A program made the position numbers and the translations under genes. The notes beneath the pieces are model-generated. The model did not search any database. It saw only the letters and a program-made list of their open reading frames with translations, and was not told the origin of the DNA. Below, in pieces: positions 54,735 through 60,555 of a stretch of 64,000 nt of DNA (the stretch's first letter is position 1; every line of letters begins with the position of its first letter). Origin of the DNA: Dehalococcoidia bacterium (GTDB lineage Bacteria; Chloroflexota; Dehalococcoidia; Dehalococcoidales; JAUVZA01); assembly GCA_030602805.1 (NCBI GenBank), contig JAUVZA010000001.1, positions 2,426-66,425 on the forward strand, written 5' to 3'.

Positions 54735-55783
54735 TATTCGCCCCTCTGGACAATCTGACAGTAAAACTCCGGTGTTACTGTCCACCCCTCCTCCCATTCT
54801 GAGGTATCCCTTGAAACCAGCTCATAGTCACCACCAGTGGTAACAGAAAGGGTGTAGGTGTTACCGGGAGTAAAATCTTTTAAGTTAAAGGTGACCCATC
54901 CGTTTTCCAGAGCGAGTGTCCGGTAGTTGGGTGTCTCCCCTGCCTCTACCGAGCCTTCAAGATACAGATTTATATTAAGAGAGTCATACGCCTTAACCAG
55001 GTCACCGGTATTGGTTAAATATACCCGCACCGCTAGGTCACCGGTAAATTCAGAATGGGGGGTGATATCAAACAGGTCATCCATCGGCACATCACCCGAG
55101 AGCAGCGGAGCCTCGTAACTAACTTCAACATAGACCTGGGTGCAGTTTGTGTTTTGCTCTGCTGTCGGCTCTCTAAGTCCGACGCCGATTTGCAGGGCAT
55201 CTATTTCATCCCACGTCCAGTCAGTAAGTGTTTGTGGGTTGGTATTCCATTGATATGAATAGGTAGCATAGCTGGTAGTTATAGTCGCCTCGCTACCGTT
55301 ATATTCTGTTTCATTAGTCTTGATATGAGCATATACGCTGGTTTGCGTTGGGCTAGCATCGGCTCTACATTCCATATAGACCTTAACATAATTTATGGTG
55401 CCAGCGCCGGCGGAGTGGTCAGCGATGCTGTATAAATCTTCCTGCCAGGCGGAGCTGCTGGTGTAGACATAGGTGCTATCGCCATCGGGTGTCTCTTCAT
55501 ACACCTTATCCCAGTGTTCTCCCGAATCAGGATACTGGCTTGAGATATTGGTCTCGTCGCCAGCGGCATCTGGCCTTAAAATTTCGGTCTGGGTCACTGG
55601 CGTCAGGATAAAATCCCAGTCGGGCTGAGTGGTAGCTAGTTCATAGGTGGCAATATCCGCCCCGGTTACAGTAACACCCATTGTTGCCGTAGCTGAGAGG
55701 TAGCTAAAGGCATATAAGCCGCTGGTAATCACCATGGCTAGCACCAAGCCTAACATTAATTGTAACCGGAACTTCCTTTTCAT
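54734..55783 (-). CDS. Secreted protein with a SipW-cognate-type signal peptide (fibre-subunit paralog 2)
   Basis: 349 aa. Signal peptide MKRKFRLQLMLGLVLAMVITSGLYAFSYLSA. It contains the inserted ILRPDAAGDE...EIDALQIGVGLR...VYVEVSY module and the shared core. Confidence 0.6.
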   Translation of the reverse strand: MKRKFRLQLMLGLVLAMVITSGLYAFSYLSATATMGVTVTGADIATYELATTQPDWDFILTPVTQTEILRPDAAGDETNISSQYPDSGEHWDKVYEETPDGDSTYVYTSSSAWQEDLYSIADHSAGAGTINYVKVYMECRADASPTQTSVYAHIKTNETEYNGSEATITTSYATYSYQWNTNPQTLTDWTWDEIDALQIGVGLREPTAEQNTNCTQVYVEVSYEAPLLSGDVPMDDLFDITPHSEFTGDLAVRVYLTNTGDLVKAYDSLNINLYLEGSVEAGETPNYRTLALENGWVTFNLKDFTPGNTYTLSVTTGGDYELVSRDTSEWEEGWTVTPEFYCQIVQRGE

Positions 55784-55890
55784 TTCTTTTGCCTTCTGTC
55801 TTGAATTTCCTTAACACCCGGGAAAATCTGTTTCGCCTAAGGGACTCCCCCATCAAGGAAGGAGCCCCTTCTTAGACCTTGCCTACAGGG

Positions 55891-56631
55891 TTACGGAGCT
55901 GACCGCTGTAGCACCTGGCACATGATGAGCGGGTCTTCTGCATTTGCAGTAGCCCAGCCGCCACGGTGGGTGATGTAGTAGCCATCGGTGATTTCAACCG
56001 TGTAAGGCCCTGGTGTCGACTGGGTAAACTCAATACTGATTTCGCCAACACCCATAGTGAGATACTCGGTGGTTCCTATACTGGTGTCAGCAAGATTCCA
56101 AACCTCAATCTCAAAAACCAGGATGCGGTAGGCCTCAACCAGCTCATGAGCGTTACCGATGGTAACGACGACTGACATATCGCCAGTCCAGGCGTCGGCC
56201 GGGACACCATCAGCAGGGGTTATGGTGAATAGGGTCCCAGTCCCTACTTTGCCCTTATAACTTCCGAAAACATTCCAGGTGGGTCCAGCGCCCGCCGTCA
56301 CTGCGGCAAAGTCGGGCTGGTCAGTCAGACCAAGTCTAACTGTGGTTGTGGTGGCACCATAGGCAAATATGCCACCGGTGATAGCCAGGGCAAGCAGTAT
56401 AGCCCCGATGAAGAACAGTCCTTTCCTGCTCTTTTCAGCAAAGGTGAGACTGTCGTTATCGCCAAGGGCTGTCACGGGCTCGTGCTTCTGCCTAATCCCT
56501 TTGCCATTCAGGCTGGCTTGAGCCTTGTCCGGTATGCCAAACTCCTGTTTATACTGCTCGCGAGCCTCAGCCACGCTTTTACCGGCCAGGTCAGCCATTT
56601 CATAATTTTCACCATATCTAATTTCTACCAT
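55891..56631 (-). CDS. Beta-grasp-like N-terminal domain + signal-anchor + minimal fibre-subunit core (paralog 1)
   Basis: 246 aa. Residues 1-68 follow a ThiS/MoaD-like pattern (VEIRYG...SVAEAREQY...ASLNGKGI...LGDNDSLTF). Next comes KSRKGLFFIGAILLALAITGGIFAYGATTT, then LFTITP...TGDMSVVVTIGNAHELVEAY...LIMCQVLQR. Confidence 0.55.
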   Translation of the reverse strand: MVEIRYGENYEMADLAGKSVAEAREQYKQEFGIPDKAQASLNGKGIRQKHEPVTALGDNDSLTFAEKSRKGLFFIGAILLALAITGGIFAYGATTTTVRLGLTDQPDFAAVTAGAGPTWNVFGSYKGKVGTGTLFTITPADGVPADAWTGDMSVVVTIGNAHELVEAYRILVFEIEVWNLADTSIGTTEYLTMGVGEISIEFTQSTPGPYTVEITDGYYITHRGGWATANAEDPLIMCQVLQRSAP

Positions 56632-56654
56632 TTTTTTGTTTCCTCCTTTTTAGT

Positions 56655-56674
56655 ATTGACAATTGCTTGTCAAT
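56655..56674. promoter_or_regulatory. Perfect 8-4-8 palindrome ATTGACAA-TTGC-TTGTCAAT upstream of the fibre operon
   Basis: Indexed base by base. It lies 8 nt upstream of the GGAGGA RBS (56641-56646) of 55891-56631. Confidence 0.5.
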
Positions 56675-56807
56675 CGTGCTAGACTTTTATTAGCTTTCAG
56701 GTAGGGTGGTAGGTCTTCCTTTTTGCTCTTCGTTTTAGGGATTCCTATCACCTTTTCATTTACTTTTTTCACATCTTGTCACCCCCTTTTAATCATCTGT
56801 CTATTAT

Positions 56808-57596
56808 TTAGCCTAACTCGCCGCTAAGCGACTTGAAGCGTTCCCTTAAACTTTCTTTGAACTCGGTGAATTCTTCTTTGGTTATATAGTCTGCTTCCGG
56901 TTTACCTGCCCGCCTGGCTCTGGAGATTATTGATGGCAGGTGACTTTGCGCTGCCTCAATCACCTCCCGGTTGTGGTCATTAGCCACCAGCTTAGTCACT
57001 ATGACCTCAAGTTGCTGCCTGATAGCCTGTTCACTAATGCCCAAAGCCTGAGTGACTTGCTCTGTTGAGCTTCCGTCAGCAATTTGGCGTAAAATCTCAC
57101 TTTCACCCGGGGAAAGGCGAGCCAGCAGATTATTTACCTCTTTGCTTATTAACGAGAAGGCTTCAAATTCGTCAACAACTCGGGAGGCAATCCCCGGTCT
57201 GAGTAGGGCTTCACTTATAGGGTAAGCACCCTGAGCCACCTTCCTGATAATGTTGACCAGGTCAAGGGGGTCAATGTCTTTGGTCAGGCAGGCACTTGCC
57301 CCACACCTAATTGCCGAGAAAAGTTGCTCCTCATTGTCACTATCCATAATCAAAATCACCGATACTGATGGCAGGTTTTGCTTGATGCGGCCGGTAACAT
57401 CAATGCCACTGAGCTCGCCCCGGTCAGCATTCAAGATAGCTACCATTGGTGGATTTTTTTCAATAAAATTAAGCGCCTCTTCGCCATCGGTGACCTCACC
57501 TATAACCTCAATATCCTCCTCACCGGAAAGGGTAAAGTGGATACCCTCTCGGAAGAGAACCTGCCAATCAGCTAGAACAACACTAACCTTTTCCAT
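56808..57596 (-). CDS. Atypical receiver + LuxR-HTH regulator (paralog of 36076-36795)
   Basis: 262 aa. It has a reduced acidic pocket and shares the GAYPISEALLRPGIASRVVDEF linker with the 36-kb paralog (GDYPINDSVLARPKVAEHVLKQF). HTH: LSPGESEILRQIADGSSTEQVTQALGISEQAIRQQL. Confidence 0.75.
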   Translation of the reverse strand: MEKVSVVLADWQVLFREGIHFTLSGEEDIEVIGEVTDGEEALNFIEKNPPMVAILNADRGELSGIDVTGRIKQNLPSVSVILIMDSDNEEQLFSAIRCGASACLTKDIDPLDLVNIIRKVAQGAYPISEALLRPGIASRVVDEFEAFSLISKEVNNLLARLSPGESEILRQIADGSSTEQVTQALGISEQAIRQQLEVIVTKLVANDHNREVIEAAQSHLPSIISRARRAGKPEADYITKEEFTEFKESLRERFKSLSGELG

Positions 57597-57620
57597 TTTT
57601 TGCCCCCTTATAGAGATAAA

Positions 57621-57721
57621 TAATCTTTATGATTTAAATTTACCATACAAACATAAAGATAGGCATAAAAATCATAAAGATTCCGTAAAGGTTTCATAAA
57701 TATTTCATAAAGGTTTCATAT
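57621..57721. promoter_or_regulatory. Array of CATAAA(G) boxes including an 11-bp perfect inverted pair
   Basis: ATCTTTATGAT (57623-57633) and ATCATAAAGAT (57671-57681) are reverse complements. Further CATAAA boxes are at 57652, 57664, 57695 and 57706, with CATATG at 57717. The last three are spaced 11 bp apart. Confidence 0.5.
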
Positions 57722-57956
57722 GGTAACCACCGGTGATAAAATCCCCAAAAACACCGAAATGAAATTCCCCACCCCTGGCCGACCTTCTCAGCGATAATTA
57801 ACTTAGTCAACGTCGCTTGAGGAGTGCCCGAAAGACGATAGGAAGATACTCGGTTGTAAAGCCTTCGTAGATAGCGGGCTGTGGGACAAGTTTTATCGGA
57901 AAAACTAACCGAATAGCCTAGCAGGACAAGTCCACCTAAGGCGGGCAAGTGGGACA

Positions 57957-57996
57957 GGGGTCGGGAATCCCAAGACTACCGACCCCTCTCTTTTTG
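57957..57996 (+). terminator. Strong plus-strand intrinsic terminator or attenuator
   Basis: GGGGTCGG, a 14-nt loop, CCGACCCC and then TCTCTTTTT. It ends about 25 nt before the RBS/ATG of ORF 58022. There is no U-tract on the opposite strand. Confidence 0.6.
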
Positions 57997-58021
57997 CCAA
58001 ATTCGCTAGAAAGGAGGCGAT

Positions 58022-58183
58022 ATGAACATAGTTTACCGCTATAAAAACACAAGGAAGTGTTATTGGCTTTGCCGAGAGTGCCTTAAAGGGCACACCCACC
58101 GGTGCTCTCCAAAGTGCCCTGATTACCTCTCTATAGCCAAAGTCAAGAAAATGCTCGAAAAGGAGGTGAAAAATGGACGCTAG
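58022..58183 (+). CDS. Small Cys/His-rich protein (53 aa)
   Basis: AAAGGAGG RBS. Translates to MNIVYRYKNTRKCYWLCRECLKGHTHRCSPKCPDYL.... It overlaps the next ORF by 11 nt (ATGGACGCTAG). Confidence 0.35.
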   Translation: MNIVYRYKNTRKCYWLCRECLKGHTHRCSPKCPDYLSIAKVKKMLEKEVKNGR

Positions 58184-58418
58184 ATTGAGACAGGAGATTG
58201 AGGAAGTATTAGCCGAAGCTACCTTGCGGGAATTCTGCACCGACCTACAGCCCTACTTTAGCCGAATTATGCCTCTCAATGATGAGGCGGAGGATGCCTT
58301 GACCGCTATCTTTCGGGGTTACTTGGCGTCATCCTCATCACCTGTCAGGGCAATGTGGAAAGCCTTTATTGTGGGGCAGGCTTGGCAAAGGGTAGCAGAT
58401 GAAGCCGAACTGAAGTAG
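58173..58418 (+). CDS. Hypothetical protein (81 aa)
   Basis: GGAGGTG RBS before the ATG. Translationally coupled to the preceding ORF and followed by a terminator. Confidence 0.4.
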   Translation: MDARLRQEIEEVLAEATLREFCTDLQPYFSRIMPLNDEAEDALTAIFRGYLASSSSPVRAMWKAFIVGQAWQRVADEAELK

Positions 58419-58555
58419 GAGGTAGACAGATTATAGCGGAAGGAAGGGGAGGGAGCGATAATCTAAAACTATCGCAAACTGCCCAGGTTTGCAGGGGTAA
58501 GTATACCCAAAAATAAGCAAACTGTTTCAGTTCTAGCTGGTGTTCTCAACTAACA

Positions 58556-58589
58556 GGGTCGAGCAACTAACCCTCGACCCTTTCTTTTT
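58556..58589 (+). terminator. Intrinsic terminator
   Basis: GGGTCGAG, a 9-nt loop, CTCGACCC and then TTTCTTTTT. Confidence 0.65.
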
Positions 58590-58668
58590 GCATCTGAACT
58601 GACCTTACTATTGACTTTCGTAGCGCAAATGGTTTAGCCTCAATACAAAAATGGAGGGAGGTGAATAG

Positions 58669-58809
58669 ATGCAAGCCTACTGTATGAAGTGCCGCGCCAA
58701 AAGGGAAATGAAGGATACTAAGAGCATAATCATGAAGAACGGTAAGTCGGCAACCCAAGGTGTGTGCCCCGTATGTGGCACGAAGATGTTCAGGATAGGG
58801 AAGAGTTAG
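58669..58809 (+). CDS. Small zinc-ribbon protein (DUF5679-like)
   Basis: 46 aa: MQAYCMKCRAKREMKDTKSIIMKNGKSATQGVCPVCGTKMFRIGKS. GGAGGGAGG RBS. Below the ORF-track cutoff; the antisense 63-aa track ORF is rejected. Confidence 0.6.
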   Translation: MQAYCMKCRAKREMKDTKSIIMKNGKSATQGVCPVCGTKMFRIGKS

Positions 58810-58844
58810 AACTGACTTTGTAGGAATCAGAGTTGCATGAGAGG

Positions 58845-58877
58845 CTGGGTATTTCTGCTAGATTTACCCAGTTTTTT
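58845..58877 (+). terminator. Intrinsic terminator
   Basis: CTGGGTA, a 13-nt loop, TACCCAG and then TTTTTT. Confidence 0.65.
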
Positions 58878-59078
58878 GGTTTGCACTATACAGAATGGAC
58901 TTTCGTTCAAAGGGGTGACAGAATAAGCAATTGTTCAGTAACATCACTATTTGTACTGTCAAGATGAGTCGTTATTCTGCCAGCGACATAGGTTTAATAC
59001 CTTGACTGATAGCCAGCCATTGTTCTATCATAGCCGTCAAAGTGATGCTAAACTGTTCAATTCGAGAAAGGAGCGGAT

Positions 59079-59798
59079 ATGAGGGTAGATGATGAGAGTT
59101 GCATAGGGTGCTTTAACTGTGTCGCCTACTGTCCCGTTGAGGCCATCAGGGAAGACAACCAGGCAGGCAAGGCAGTTATCGATGAGGCGAAATGTGTTGA
59201 GTGCGGTGTCTGCCTCAGGTCGGCAGATTGCCCCAGCGATGCCCTGTACCAGCCAGAGTTGGCATGGCCGCGTATTCTACGGGCAGAGTTCAGTAACCCA
59301 GCTATCGCTCTGTCGACCGGTGTTACCGGGCGGGGAACCGAGGAGACCAAAACCAATGACGTAACAGGCCGATACCCGCGCGGCTATATTGGGATTGCTA
59401 CCGAGCTGGGGCGTCCTGGTACTGGGACATGTCTCGGCGACATAGAAAGGGTTGCTAGAGCCATTCTCTCACTAGGGGTTCATTTTGAAAAGGAGAACCC
59501 AACTTACAACCTGTTTGAGGATGTCACCACCGGCAACCTCCGCGAGGGCATTGCCGAAGAAAGGGTTCTCTCCGCGATTTTGGAGTTTAAAACCACCGAG
59601 GAAAAGGCTCCCGAAGTGCTAAAGACACTGGCTAAAGTGGCTAAAGAGGTTAATACCGTCATCACGGTGAATATCGCCTCAAGGTTTGCCCCGGACGGGA
59701 GCCTGCCGGCTGCCAGGGTCGCTCGGGAAGGGGGGTTCAGCATTCGGCCTAACGGCAAGAGTAACCTAGGGCTTGGCCTCCCGCTTATCAAAGGCTAA
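59079..59798 (+). CDS. 4Fe-4S dicluster domain protein with an uncharacterised C-terminal domain
   Basis: 239 aa. CIGCFNCVAYCP and CVECGVCLRSADCP ferredoxin motifs. The remaining 170 aa or so have no motif I recognise. Confidence 0.65.
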   Translation: MRVDDESCIGCFNCVAYCPVEAIREDNQAGKAVIDEAKCVECGVCLRSADCPSDALYQPELAWPRILRAEFSNPAIALSTGVTGRGTEETKTNDVTGRYPRGYIGIATELGRPGTGTCLGDIERVARAILSLGVHFEKENPTYNLFEDVTTGNLREGIAEERVLSAILEFKTTEEKAPEVLKTLAKVAKEVNTVITVNIASRFAPDGSLPAARVAREGGFSIRPNGKSNLGLGLPLIKG

Positions 59799-59811
59799 GA
59801 GGAGTAAAGCG

Positions 59812-60441
59812 ATGACTCACACCAACCATCGCCAGGGAACACTGGAAAGCCTGAGTAAAGACTGGATTGTCTTCATGTACGCCGCTAGAGGTATCAATCA
59901 TGAAGGGGCTGGGCCCAAAATGCAGGCGTTTTTACATCTGGCGCTCAGGCATAATCCCGTTAATATCGGCTCGCCGACAATCGGCAACATGTATGACACC
60001 ACAACAGACAAGATTATGGAAGGGCTCGCGGGGGCAACAAAGGTATATGCTGTCTTCGATGACGGGGCGAAGGCAGCCGCCCTCATTATGGATGCGAAGG
60101 AGGCGAACCTGGGTGTTTCGGTGATAGTGAGCGGCATCTTTGAAGAGGTTGAGAAGATATGCCAGACAGCAGGGATAAAGAGGCATACCGCCCAGTGCTC
60201 TCTGGGGGTGTGGGGTAAAACCGATCATCTCCCCCCACCTGAAATACTTGATATCACCACTATGTGCGGCCATGGGTTGGTTTCCTTTAACTTGGTGCGC
60301 CGCATGACCGACGAAGTGAGAAAAGGCAACCTGAACCTTGAGAAAGCAGCCGTAACCCTGGCCAAACCATGTATCTGCGGAGTATTTAATCCAGAACGTG
60401 CGGAGGAGCTTTTAGAGCGCTGCCTTTCGGCCGGCATATAG
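59812..60441 (+). CDS. Conserved-looking hypothetical protein (partner of the ferredoxin-domain gene)
   Basis: ATG 59812 has a GAGGAG RBS and lies 13 nt after the upstream stop. 209 aa, Cys-containing (TTMCGHG, KPCICG). No family recognised. Confidence 0.45.
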   Translation: MTHTNHRQGTLESLSKDWIVFMYAARGINHEGAGPKMQAFLHLALRHNPVNIGSPTIGNMYDTTTDKIMEGLAGATKVYAVFDDGAKAAALIMDAKEANLGVSVIVSGIFEEVEKICQTAGIKRHTAQCSLGVWGKTDHLPPPEILDITTMCGHGLVSFNLVRRMTDEVRKGNLNLEKAAVTLAKPCICGVFNPERAEELLERCLSAGI

Positions 60442-60555
60442 CTGCTTTAGTGCTAAACACCGGTGGGTAATCTGCCTAATTATTAAAGGTAACAAAACAA
60501 GCTATTGTTACCTTGGCTGGTCCGGCCGTACCGTCGATAATGCCGACCATGATAT

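Noticed and set aside
57694-58240. Minus-strand track ORFs of 84 and 111 aa
   Set aside because: Neither has an RBS. They overlap each other and the better-supported plus-strand coupled ORFs (RBS, ATG, terminator). The region fits a plus-strand RNA/leader interpretation better.
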